Shown: piece by piece, positions 1-11,694 of the stretch
Layout: the number at the start of each line of letters is the position of its first letter
Numbering within the stretch: position 1 is the first letter of the stretch
Source of the DNA: Tricharina praecox
Taxonomy: Eukaryota
DNA length: 64,000 bases
Assembly (NCBI RefSeq): GCF_024521635.1
Contig: NW_026250416.1
Span: forward strand, 186,001-250,000
Direction of reading: 5' to 3'
Translations under genes and position numbers: made by a program
The notes under the pieces: generated by a model
Told to the model about the DNA's origin: nothing
Database searches by the model: none
Seen by the model: only the letters and a program-made list of their open reading frames with translations

Positions 1-2990
1 GGATTACTGCGCGCAATCCCCTCAGAAGAGCGCGTGGTGGAAGGGCAATGGCGGTCACGGTGCGTGCGAGCGAGCGGCTGATATGTGCGGGCGCGCGAGG
101 ACAGGTTCGGGGCTTCCCCTAGCAAGGCTCGGGGTCCATCGAGCGGACGCGGAAGAAGTTGCGAAAGCGCTGATTCGAAGGATGTAACGCGACGAAGGCG
201 GTGGGGGCACGGGCGCGGGCGCGCAACGAAGAGTAGGCGGACAGGCGGACAGGTCAGATGGTGCGATTCGAGATGCCGTACTGGACTGCTGCCAGCTCTA
301 TCTAATCTAGGATGAGATGGGGAGGGCTCGGAGGCTCGGAGCAAGGGCTATTTGGTGTCAAGTATCCAGTGTCTTCGTCGCGACCGTGAATCCGTGGTTG
401 CAATTGTGTATAGACGGAATTGGACTCGAGTGAAACCTGAACGGCAACCGATATGTAGAGCACAAAGGGAGGGAGGGGGCACCCGCAGCTGTGAAATCTG
501 CAAACTGGGTTGCAGTGCAGCATTTTTAGTGCCCGATGGCAGTCGGCAAGGGTGGCGATTGGCGGTAACGATGGCGGGTGTCAAAATCAAAACAAACAAC
601 TCGAAATCAAAACATTAGCACACACTAGCGAGCCACGATACCGACCGACCAACCAACCGTGGATTCACCACATCGCAATCCAAGTCTGGAATACCGACAC
701 TGGCATCAACTTTGATTTCCAACACGCTGTGCGATCTATCGGTCTAGGTGCCTTCCGCCAGGGGATGAACGGTGTCCAATACGTTGCAACCCACAATTGA
801 GAGCTAAGGAACATCAAGGAAACAAGTACAGACTCCCACGCATTCCGAGTATCCCACCTACCGACCTGACAACAGGCTCAAGGCAGTGGCCCACTCCATT
901 GCCCTTCGTCTGGGCAATGATCTAAAGAGCGTAAGGGGGATCTCCATCACGCAAGTGAGGTGGAAGTACCTCAAAAAGCCCAAACAGCACCACAATACCG
1001 GACTACCTCCTCCCCCGGCTGAGGGCCATCCCATATGCAGTACAAATCTGTCTTGACTTGAGTTTTGTTTTACATAGTACCAGAGAAACACGGCACACTC
1101 CTGTTTTCACTCGGACATACAGAGGAGACCATCAAGTAGTTGAGTGATATAACATGTCCAACAGCTCGATGCAGGCTAAGGGTGGATAGACACTTGAGTC
1201 TCGAGTGCCTGCCTAGGCGTGCACATAAGCGAGTGAGCGGGGAGGTTGTTACATGTGCTTACACCGCATAAGGGTACCAGTCTCTGGTGCTGCTACTGTC
1301 CCGCATCCTGCTCTGCGGGGCTTCATCATGATATATGACTCGGAGGGGTTGAGAGCGCCGAGAAATCTGCATCATTTTGACGTTGCTTTTCTCCATCCCC
1401 GCGGAGCTGGTAGGAAAGGTTAGGTTGTGATCGCCATACATATGCGACAATAAATTGATAGTCTATCTCTCTATGACATTGCTTTTTGCTCGTCATTAGT
1501 TATCGGCTCCGAGAATAAATCTTCCGGTCTAAAGGTCAGATATATAGTAGTAACTATCGTATTCCTCTCTGTTTCGGGGGACAACTTTCACAAGTTTAGA
1601 TTTGACGCCGAATTACCATCTAAAAGCTGACTATGGAAGAGCGGGAATTCATAACTCAATAATAAGCACGCAGACACCTAACAAAGATCCATGATCAAAA
1701 GTTAGAAGTATCTATCCCCCCATAATACCTATTGATTGCCAGGCGGTGCTGAGAGATTGAATATCAATTCTGTGCTGACCATGTATCTGGTAATCACTGC
1801 TTTGTGCGCGCGCGTATTTCGCCAATGGCGAGCTAATATACGGTGGAATCAAAAAGAAATGGAGTGATGGATGTTGACTCTCGCTGACGGGCCTAACGAA
1901 GAAAAGTCCCGCCCGCCCGCGGTAGAGGGTAAGATGCCGAGGGGCGCATTGATGGCCGTACCGCAAATTCTTCGCCGACATGTGGACTTGCAGCAGGTAC
2001 ACCTTCATCGATTCGAGCTGCTGTAGCTGAATGCAGGCAGTGGGATGATGATGATGCCGGTGGTGGTGGTGATGGTGACGATGTGTAGGGGTCATGTATG
2101 TCTTTTCTTCCGCACGTATATATGCATCCTCTTGATCTAGAGCGTTCGATATGCAGTTTTTCCCTACCGACTTCTCCAGGTTTGCAGAGAGAGCCGCAGC
2201 GGAATGTTCCAGTTCGAGACGCCGGGCCCGATCCAACCACTCGCCGACAACTGATGGATTAGATAACGCGAATTTGACGGCTGACATAATGGTGCAGTTA
2301 CATAATCCAGCCAGTCAACGTTCGGCAACCACCACCAAAGCAGCATTGGCTGCTGCCGAACCCCAGGATTCCCCAACAACCACACACACCTACCTGTTCG
2401 ACTCCAAACTTGCCAGCGCAGCAGAATCTGGCAGCAGCAAGCAGCACCTTCTATTCGACCAATATATTCTTCGACGCAGCATCCACAGAAACATCACGCC
2501 AAACGGAGAAAAAAATACTGCACTGCAGAACCCCCACTCTGCTACTGCTCGGTCGGTCGGTCAGTGGTAGCTGGCTGCAACTTGCAAAAGCGCAGCAGAG
2601 AAAGAAAGAGAGAGAGAAATCGAAAGTGAGCGTGTGAGGGCCCCACAAGTGCGAAGGTGCCGCCTTGACTGGCTGCGGCTGCGCTGTGTACTAGTACCGT
2701 CCATCATACTTCTCTTGGTCATATCACCGTGCACGCACACAACCAAACGACACCACGTCTACCGACCACGAACCTCTCCTCCTCCTCCGCCTCTCACCTC
2801 CTCCCGCCTCCACACCTTCGCAACCACAGGTGAAGAGCAAGGGGAAAAAAAACGAGGGGAAAAACATTATTCAGGAGCTTCGTTCCGTATTGGCCAGCAT
2901 AGCTTCCCTGGCCATATTCCATCCACTCGCTGGCTACCGAGCAGAGCCACCCATCGACCGTCCAGTACTGCTGCCTGACGAACCGTCGAA

Positions 2991-5633
2991 ATGAGTGCAT
3001 CGGCAGACAATGGAGGGGGGGACCCGTCCCCTACCGCAAGGGACAAGAACGGTGAGCTCCAAAAAAACACGTCGAGGATCCGTCAGGGTGTGTCGTCTGC
3101 AAGTAGCAGCTCGACCAACAACATCGGTAGACCCAAAAGGAAAATACCCACTGCCATTCGATCGGCAAGGCCTTCGCGAGAGTCATCGCCCGCCCGATCG
3201 GCTGGACCAAAAACGCCACAAACGCAGGGACAACAGCAGCTTCCTGCCAGCTCCTTAGCCCCACACATCGACTCCCACCAGCGTCCTTCTCAACCGCTGC
3301 CGAATACCCCCCGCCTGGCGGTCTCCCGAACTCCACCTCCCGATTCCCGACAGCCGCTGCCTTCACCTCGCAAACGAAGCGAGAATCCCCCCCCTACTCC
3401 GACATTTCAGCTCCGCCGGGAGGGCAGCATCCATAACGAGGAGCCGGAAGACGACCTCCCGGGAATGAGGACACCGCGAAGCAACTCCGGTACAACGCTG
3501 GAAACTGTCGTCGAAAGTAGCCTCCCTGGAACCCCTTCGGTCGGAACATTGAGGTCTCTGGAGGACTCGGTGGCAGCGCTCGTTCACCGCCAGCCAAGCA
3601 GTTCATCGTTGGCAGGTAGCAGGATATCCGAGGAGGTCGACGACACCACCGATTCCGCCTCCACCATCACACGGAAGCGCGCAGATTCGGTATCTTCGTC
3701 TATTGCCCCGACGGAATCCGAATCCGAAGCTGGATATAGGAGTGGTGACAGGACACCAACATCATCGTTATACAGAGTGCCGCCCCCGGCAAGAGTTTTC
3801 GGACGACGGCCCACGGTGACGGGAAAGGAGCCTTCCTCCAAGGCTATGACCGTGGAGACGGAGACGGTCAGCTCTGTTCCTCAGATAGGTCTCGGTGCGG
3901 TGGGACCTGCCGGAGGTGCTAGCATTAGGAGTAAGAAGAGCACGGACACCATCAGGGCCTCTAGGAGGGAGAAGAAACGGGCAATCAAACGAGCTATGGC
4001 TGCAGGGCCTTCCAATCGTAAGGCTTTCCCGTTTGTTTACCCTCGGCGACGGACTGTTACTAACTCTCAACCAGCATCCAGCAAAGTGGAAATCTTTGCC
4101 GCAAAGATCGCCGAAGCCGTGGATGAGGCGTTTTCATCAGATTCGGATGAGACATTCGTCTATGAGTCGAATCCTCCAGATGCACCCCACCACACCCATC
4201 AAAGGCCTGCAAGTAGATTCCATTCCCGGACACCTAGTGCAACATCCATTGGACCGGATTTGAGGGGGCAGAGGTTGCCCCTGATGCAATCAATGGAGGG
4301 CACCAACACCGCTGGACGTAAGGGGATGAAGTTCGTCAACAATTCACTCAAAGAACCCGGTCTTGGAGGCGATGGCGTGCCAAACGATGGGACGAGTAGT
4401 GAGAGGGCAGGTGCTGGAAGTGCCAGGGAGCACCAGATGCACGCTGAGAGGAGTGTTCGACACCACAATGGACACCAGTCAACACTTATAGATGACAACA
4501 CCTTCCACCGGTCACCCCACAGATCGGCCCATTCTGTGCGGAATGCGGCCACCTCGATCATGTCGTCCAGAGGGTCATCCCGGCCGCCATCACCTAGACA
4601 TCCCGTGTTCCGGAATGGGGCCATCGCGGCCAACGGCGGCACTGGAGGAGGCAGGAAGTCACCAAGAACGCGTGTATACGAGGCCGATGTGGAAAACGGG
4701 GATGATGAGCACACGCCGCTTCTACAGCCCAATCGCACACGACCGAGGCGAAGGCAGATGAACGGATCCGTTCGACAGATGGAGCATAATGCACGACGCA
4801 GGGGCTGCTTTAGGACTTATGCGGGATGCATTGTGGCCATCATCGCCATTATCTTGATACTGACGGGTGTCGGTGGGTTCTTGGTGTCGACGACGAATCC
4901 ATTACAAGGCGTTAGAGTCCTCAACGTCACGGATGTCCTCGTCAGCAAACAAGAAATCATGCTGGATCTCGTGGTGCAGGCGGTAAATCCAAATGCTATT
5001 GCGGTGACAGTTGGGAATATGGACGTGAATCTGTTCGCGAAAAGTTCACATGTACGAGATGGCGATGGTGGCGATGATGGAGACGATGAGGACCACGGTG
5101 GGGATCACGATGGGGACCACGAACCCAGCCACGAGGGCGACTGGTGGGAAGGCAGCTCAGTTCCGGGCCTGAAGAAGAAAGACACTGGCACTGAACACCA
5201 CCTGGGACGAGTGACGATCACGCTCCTATCGAAGAAACTCTACCCGCCACCACGCCTACACACGCAATACCACACATCCGACAACGTCGACGAGGGCACC
5301 GACCCGCCAGACGACCTCCCCAAAGACCGGGAAACAATGCTTCTCGGCCGCATCTTCAGCTTCGATTCCGGGCTAGTATTTGAAGGCTCCCCGCTCCGCC
5401 GGATGCCGTACATCTCGTCGGGCGAACTCCGTCTGGCCCGCCCAGGAAACAAAACGGAAGAGGGCGGGACGGCCCGCTGGGAACGCGTGCTCATGCATCC
5501 CTTCGAACTCATCGTCAGGGGCGTGCTCAAGTATCAGCTCCCACTGAGCGGCCGCATCAGAACTGCACCCATCTCCGGCTCCGTCATGATTCATCCCGGA
5601 CTGAATACTACTCCGACTACTCCGTCCGAATGA
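2991..5633 (+). CDS. VAC7: Vacuolar segregation protein Vac7 (Fab1 PI3P 5-kinase regulator)
   Basis: Long ORF with TVETETV and KVEIFAAKIAEAVDEAFSSDSDETFVYESNP motifs, one TM helix (AGCIVAIIAIILILTGVGGFLV) and the luminal Vac7 domain (VLVSKQEIMLDLVVQAVNPN...PFELIVRGVLKYQLPL). Probable in-frame 57-nt intron at 4018-4074 (GTAAGG...TACTAAC...CAG). Confidence 0.9.
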   Translation: MSASADNGGGDPSPTARDKNGELQKNTSRIRQGVSSASSSSTNNIGRPKRKIPTAIRSARPSRESSPARSAGPKTPQTQGQQQLPASSLAPHIDSHQRPSQPLPNTPRLAVSRTPPPDSRQPLPSPRKRSENPPPTPTFQLRREGSIHNEEPEDDLPGMRTPRSNSGTTLETVVESSLPGTPSVGTLRSLEDSVAALVHRQPSSSSLAGSRISEEVDDTTDSASTITRKRADSVSSSIAPTESESEAGYRSGDRTPTSSLYRVPPPARVFGRRPTVTGKEPSSKAMTVETETVSSVPQIGLGAVGPAGGASIRSKKSTDTIRASRREKKRAIKRAMAAGPSNRKAFPFVYPRRRTVTNSQPASSKVEIFAAKIAEAVDEAFSSDSDETFVYESNPPDAPHHTHQRPASRFHSRTPSATSIGPDLRGQRLPLMQSMEGTNTAGRKGMKFVNNSLKEPGLGGDGVPNDGTSSERAGAGSAREHQMHAERSVRHHNGHQSTLIDDNTFHRSPHRSAHSVRNAATSIMSSRGSSRPPSPRHPVFRNGAIAANGGTGGGRKSPRTRVYEADVENGDDEHTPLLQPNRTRPRRRQMNGSVRQMEHNARRRGCFRTYAGCIVAIIAIILILTGVGGFLVSTTNPLQGVRVLNVTDVLVSKQEIMLDLVVQAVNPNAIAVTVGNMDVNLFAKSSHVRDGDGGDDGDDEDHGGDHDGDHEPSHEGDWWEGSSVPGLKKKDTGTEHHLGRVTITLLSKKLYPPPRLHTQYHTSDNVDEGTDPPDDLPKDRETMLLGRIFSFDSGLVFEGSPLRRMPYISSGELRLARPGNKTEEGGTARWERVLMHPFELIVRGVLKYQLPLSGRIRTAPISGSVMIHPGLNTTPTTPSE

Positions 5634-6051
5634 TTGGGGGATGCGAGAGTAGTGCACGATACGATACACACGAGAAACGAAATGATTGCATGATACATAA
5701 ATAGATGGTCGAGGAAGGGGGGGAGGAAGGGAGGGATGGATGGACCCGATGGAGTGGGGGTTGTAGCGAGTGAGTGGCGCGCCTGACTGCGTGGGTCTTT
5801 CTTTTTCTCTGCTTTTCTTTTTTTCTTTTTTCTTTTAACTTTTTCTTTTTCTTTTGATATTGTGGGGATTGGGGATCGGATTGGATTCTTGTCAAGTGTG
5901 TGAAGCAACATAAACAAGACGACGCTCTCTTTTCTTTTCCTTAATTTCCTTTTCGGTTTTTTTCTTCTTTTTTTCGAAGCACTTTAGGTATTACATTATT
6001 TCTTTTCCCTTTTTTACCTTTTCCTTTCGTTTGGTTGGTTGGTGAGGGGAA

Positions 6052-6275
6052 TTTCGACAGGATGGAATGACCGTGGTTGTTGTGGTTGTTGCTGTTTGTG
6101 GTTGTTGTTATTGTTTTTTGTTATCGCTGTTGTGATAGTTGCTGTTGTGGTTGTTGTCAGCGTAGGCTGCTGTTGTCTTATGGTATGTTGTGTTGTGTTA
6201 TCTTGTCTTATGCTGTTCTGTTCTCTTCTGTTGTTCTGTTACGTTGTGTTGTGTGTTGTTGTGCTTGTGCTGTGA
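6052..6275. repeat. Degenerate (TGT/GTT)n low-complexity tract between the convergent VAC7 and HRP1 3' ends
   Basis: Directly visible TGT/TGC/GTT-rich run. The Cys/Val-rich ORFs over it are artefacts. Confidence 0.8.
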
Positions 6276-6398
6276 TAGTTACTATAGCGGCATTCGGTTT
6301 GAGGTCTGAACCGGTCACTGGTGGGGGGTTTATGGAGTTTTCAACTTACTTATTTTCCACTTATTTTTTCCTTATTTTCTTCTATCGTCATTGAGGAG

Positions 6399-6498
6399 GG
6401 GGGTATGGGGTATGAAGGGGTATGGGGTATGGGGTATGAGGGGGTATGGGGGAGGATGAAGGGGTATGGGGTATGGGGTATGAGGGGGTATGGGGGAG
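6399..6498 (+). repeat. (GGGGTAT)n-like G-rich minisatellite
   Basis: Many imperfect GGGGTAT/GGGGTATGA units in tandem. Confidence 0.85.
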
Positions 6499-7297
6499 GG
6501 GGGTTATCTACACTGGAGGAAAGGAAGGTAAGAGGGGAGGGGAAGAGGGGAGGGGGGGTTAGAGGTGCTTGATTGTGATTGTGTGTGCGATTTACTGGGC
6601 GGAGATGCTCATAGTCTTGCACTCGATCGATTGTATGGGTCTACTATACGGGTCGGACCGGACCAGATCGGACCAGATCGGATCGGATGGGCAAATGGGA
6701 GGGCAACTGGGTGGGACGGTGGGTTGGAGGGAGGGAGTGTACTCTACATACTATATATCATTGTCATTATTCAGACATCAATTCTGTCCATCATCTTCAA
6801 AAGACATCACTACTAGTACTACTGCTAGTATCAGAGTAGAATACAACGATACGATAGTTCTGCCCTGTCTCTCTCGCTCTGCTTATTGTCATCTGCGCTG
6901 CGCTGTGCTGTAGTTGAGTACTGTTTACATCTAGAAAAGCCCATTCATCCATTCCTCCGGCCATCCACCCACCCAGCCCTTCCTCCCTTCCTCACTCTTT
7001 CCCTCCCTCCATCCTTCCATCGAACCATCCAACTATCCGCCCCAGCGCAAAGGAAAGAAAAGAAAAAAGAAAACAGGAAATAAGTGGAGAAGAAAGAAAA
7101 AAAACACACATTGAACGCAGGCATTTCCACCTCCACCTCGACGGACATTCACACAAACAAAACACAAAGCATTTATCAAATCACCACACAAGAAAAGAAA
7201 GAAAAAGAAAAGGGTAGAGAGGCTTTTTTGGCACCCTCATCTACCACTACCACTACCACGAGCCGATCATCTCGCCGTTGCCGTCCAGGTCCTGGTA

Positions 7298-10200
7298 CTA
7301 AGTGAACCTCTCCTGGTTCCTAGCGTAGGGGTGGAAACCTCCACGGACACCGGAGTTGTAGCCCGCGCCCCTACCAGCACCACCACTACCGACGGCACTG
7401 CCGCTGCCGCCGCCTGCGCTGCTGCCGCCGCTGCTACCGCCGCGGCCACCGCGGTAGTTGCTGCCTGGCTTGGTATTTCTAGGACCCGTCGGTGCGTTGG
7501 GAGGGGGCCCTTCGAAACGGCCGAATTGCTGGCTGTTGGGGGTTCCTATTTCATTTTGTCAACGAGGGGGGTAATTGGGGAGAGGTAGTAGTAAGGGGGA
7601 CATACCACCACGGGAAGACTGCTGGGCTGCCGCGGCAGCTTGGGCAGCTTGTTGCTGGTGAACCTGCTGGACTACCTGTTGTGGCGGAATGTCGTCGTAC
7701 ATCCCATCCCAAGACGAAGGATGGTTCTGGGGGGGTTGGTAGTCGCGCTGGGACGGGTGGTTCTGGAAGCGCGCATTGGGGTTGTTGAAGCCTGCCTGCT
7801 GCTGCTGCTGGGAGGGATCATATCCACCGCCACCCTGACCGCCCTGTTGCTGCTGGTGCTGATGCTGTTGCTGTTGCTGTTGCGGGTATCCCTGGTTCTG
7901 ATTTCCGTACGGCTGCTGCTGCTGAGCCATCTGCAAGGGCATCTGTTGCGGCGGGGACTGGATGGGCGGGGACTGCTGGTGCTGCTGGCGCATCATCGCC
8001 GCCTGCTGCATCTGCATCTGCTGCATCATGGCGGGATTCATACCGGCCATCTGCTGCGGCATGTTCTGCATTGCCTGTTGCATCATGGCGGGATTGACGA
8101 CGGGCATGGGACCGCCACGACCCATCTGGCTCATTGCGGCCATGTAGCGCTGCATTTGCTGCCAGTACTGTGCCATCATCTGCGGGGTCATACCGTTGTA
8201 TGCCGCGCTCTGCTGCTGCTGCTGAGGTCCGCCTTGTGGGCCGTTGCTGCCTTGCGAGCCGTTCATGTAGTTCCCGTTGCTGCCGCCGTCGCGGTTGTCG
8301 AAACGATCCCGGTTTCCACGATCACGGAATCCGCCACCACCACCGCGGTCATCCCTCTCGTCCATGTGTCCGCCTCTCGTATTGCCCCTCGGCTGCGCCT
8401 TCTTAACCTCGATCTGCTTGCCCATAATCGCCAACGTAGGACAGTTCAAAGCATTCTCGACAGCAGACTCGCTATCGAACGTGACGAATCCGAAGCCTCT
8501 CGGCCGTCCGGTATCCTTATCCATCATGAGGGTAGCATCCAGGACGCGGCCGAACTGGAGAAAGTATTCCCTGAAATCCGACTCCGTGGCCTCCTGGCTG
8601 ACACCACCGACAAAGATTTTCGAAGTCTTCTCCTGTTCATCCCTCGGGATCGCACGCTTGGGATCAATCTAGCATCGTACGTCAGTTGGTGTTACTGCGC
8701 CGTAGAAAGGTAGAAAACGCACGATCTTTCCGTCCAGATAGTGCTCTTTGACCATCACAATATTGACCGTCTTGGGGTCCTTGAAAGTCAGGAATCCGAA
8801 TCCACGGGACCTTCCCGTCGGGCCGTCACGCATGACGGTGCATTCCGTGACCTCTCCGAACTGGCTGAAATATTCCTTTAGAGAATCTGTCGGTGGCACA
8901 CATCAATATCTGGTGCCTCGAAGAGAGAGAAGCAAGTGAGATAGGTCATACCATCCGTTGTTTCCCAATTCAAACCACCTATGAACATTTTCCTAATACA
9001 GACACATATTGCGTCAACTAGTGTCCCAATGGAGCAACATATAAAGCAGTAGCAGTAGCAGCAGCAAATAGCGAAGTAAAACACAGAGAGAAAAGAAAAA
9101 AGCAATATCCGGGCCAAATAACATAGCGAGAGGAGGAGAATGATGATCGCGAAGACTAGTTCGCGCAGGCGCTGACGGTGACTGTGACATGATGGTGGTG
9201 GTGGTTGTGGTGGTGGTTGTGGTGATGCGTGAGCAGACAAAAACTTGCCGCAGCGTTCGATCGGTCGCCCGGTCAAGCAAGTAAAGGCTTCTCTTCTTTT
9301 TGCAGATGACGAGGTTGTGGAACACCATGTAACTCCCAATCCATATATTGATTGATTCTCCCATTTGTCTTTTTTCGTACACAAACACTACCATCAGTAT
9401 ATGCCAACAATGGCTGCTAGATACTGCTAGCTAGGTAGTTTTCCAACAAGGCGGAGCAGTAGAGTACACCTCCTAGCCTTATTCCTTCTTTGCTAGATCT
9501 CGTCTTTCCTTGTGACGTCTGTCGTGTGCGCGCGGTTATAGTATATCGGAGCGAAGAACCCACAGCCCAGTCGGCATTGACCGCACGCCCATCATGCAGC
9601 CCATCATCGCAAGTATCCTCCAGACAGCGCCTGATACCATCATCCTCTTACGCTCCTAACCAACTGGCAGTGGACGGCCCGCGCGTTGGGCCCTAGTCTT
9701 CCGCTATTCGAAGAATATGTATCCCTCCCCTCGCTTGAAAACGACAAACAAAATGACAACGCTAACCAGATAGAAAACTCATTGTAAATACGCACCCATC
9801 CTCTTTGATTGCTGGACTACCAGAGTTCCCATGATCACTGTAGCTATTGCTTCCTGTCTGATGATCGTAGCCACCCTGACTTGGGCCTTCTCCTCCACTG
9901 TGTCCCTGTTGTTGCTGGTGTTGTTGCTGGTGCTGCTGCTGGTGCTGCTGCTGGTGTTGTTGCTGGTGTTGTTGCTGCTGGTGTTGAGGCATGTTGGAGG
10001 CATCCCAGCCGCCGTAGGCCTGTGACTGATCGTATTGTTGGTCTTCCTCCAGGTTTTCCTCCGTCTGCACTTCCGTCGGAGGCTGCGGCGCTCTGGGATC
10101 CACAGCTTTCGGAGGCGCGGCGGCGGCAGGGACGATGTTGGTTGCAGTGGTCGGTACGGATGGTAATAATTCCGGAGCGGCGACGCTGGGAGCGGCTTGT

Positions 10201-10415
10201 GTAGTAGGGGCAATAGTTGGTGTCACTGCTGGTACTGCTTTTGACGGTCCAGGCGACGTCTTTGGCGGCTCATCGTCACCGTAGCTATAATTTGCAATTT
10301 CGTCAGCACCGCCGAAATGGATGTTACGCGTGACGACCAGGGTCAAGTCGACGCGGTGGGGAACATACAGGTCGGCAAAAAGATCGTCATCGTGCTGCTC
10401 GTCGGAAGGATCCAT
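7298..10415 (-). CDS. HRP1: Hrp1/Nab4 (Musashi/hnRNP A/B-like) double-RRM RNA-binding protein, cleavage factor IB
   Basis: Spliced model: MDPSDEQHDDDLFADL, intron 10368-10285, ...IKEDG, intron 9795-8993, KMFIGGLNWETTD, RRM1 (RSRGFGFLTF), RRM2 (KIFVGGV...RPRGFGFVTF), Q/M-rich region, intron 7605-7546, Gly/RGG tail ending in the PY-NLS-like RGGFHPYARNQERFT*. Confidence 0.9.
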
Positions 10416-11694
10416 GATTGCTGTTCAGTAGGCTGCTGGACGAGCAAAGTTATTTGAGTCAGATCTGGCCTGCAGAATGTTTTGTCGTGTCGTGCTGTAG
10501 TAGAGGTTACGGTTTGGAGAGAGAGGGTATGGAGTAGCGACTGAGCGAAATAGGGGAGAGTGCAGTTGGGGTGAATGTAAGTAGGGAGAGAGGTGGTATC
10601 GTGTCGTTCTTTGAGATGGATGTTCTTGAAGTAAAGGGAACAGCAAGTAGAGTTGGGGTTGGGGTTGGGGTTGGGCGGGTTGAAGGTATGGAGTTTGAAG
10701 TGGAGCAGCAGCAGGACGGGGGGTGGTTGGCTGTCAATGCGCGGCAAAGAAATAAAAAATCCAAAAAATCGCAATAACGAATAATGGCAGGTAATAGCTT
10801 AGCCGCCAAGCAAACTGACGGTCGAAGAGGCGAAAGAGCGTCAAACGAGGCGGAAACAACTGAGAGAGCGACACGAGACGGAACAAGAGACAAACAAGAC
10901 ATCTTATCTACAGGGCCACATATGCTGGCACCGCAGAAGACATTCCCTATTCGATAGCGAATCTCTGGATAGGTGACCATGGCTCCTCAAATCATCTGGC
11001 AAATGCTTTCTCTGGTAGTGGTTCTATTTTTTATGGTCTAAATACGGAATACCGTCGAATCCAAGATTCCGAGCAGTAGCAAGTGTGGAGTGCTTCCATG
11101 ACACGCGTGGAACTCGTCCTTCTCCGGTAGAGCTCACTCGGATCGAGAAGGGATCTGTGGATGTACTCCTGATGGGAGCATACACAGCGCCATGGTAGCT
11201 GCTTTGAGTGAGGAATCAGCTCTGGCTGCAGTGGGCACCGAACGACCACGCTCAATGGAATGAGCACTCTATGTATCAAGAAAGTACCACTCTCTATGAT
11301 GATATGTATGTGCATGCACTTGAATCGTTGGTTATGCCGTAGGAAGGCGGACGCCTGCACGCTGTATCAGGCGGTTCCCCACCCCACCACCACCACCACC
11401 ACCCCAAACACAGGCTTACACGACACGACAAGCAGAGTACCTAACGGCCTTACCTACATCAACGGCTGCACGCACTTTTCATTGTCATCACCACTACCAC
11501 CACTCCAGCACTGTTCTTCGCATCGCCGTTGCGCCGTATCGCAACTCTACCGAAGCACCTAGCTCTCTCGAGGAGCACAGGACCAGACCTTCGTCCTATA
11601 GCTGGGGGCTACCAGAATGGCCGGCAACAGACAGGTTGGTTCTGAATCTACAACAGAGCTCTTTCCAGTTTGCTGACGACAATGTTCCTAGGAA

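Noticed and set aside
1..800. Several short ORFs at the left edge
   Set aside because: No protein-like composition. The region looks like the leader or promoter of a minus-strand gene starting beyond the window.
6039..6622. Cys/Val-rich and Gly/Tyr-rich ORFs resembling small membrane or cuticle-like proteins
   Set aside because: They are translations of TGT and GGGGTAT simple repeats in 3' UTR or intergenic DNA.
7640..8713. 357-aa Leu-rich ORF on the plus strand
   Set aside because: Antisense shadow of the CAG-rich HRP1 coding sequence.
10652..10675. (TTGGGG)n telomere-like repeat
   Set aside because: Only about four units, not the usual fungal TTAGGG, and located in the HRP1 leader. Treated as a microsatellite.
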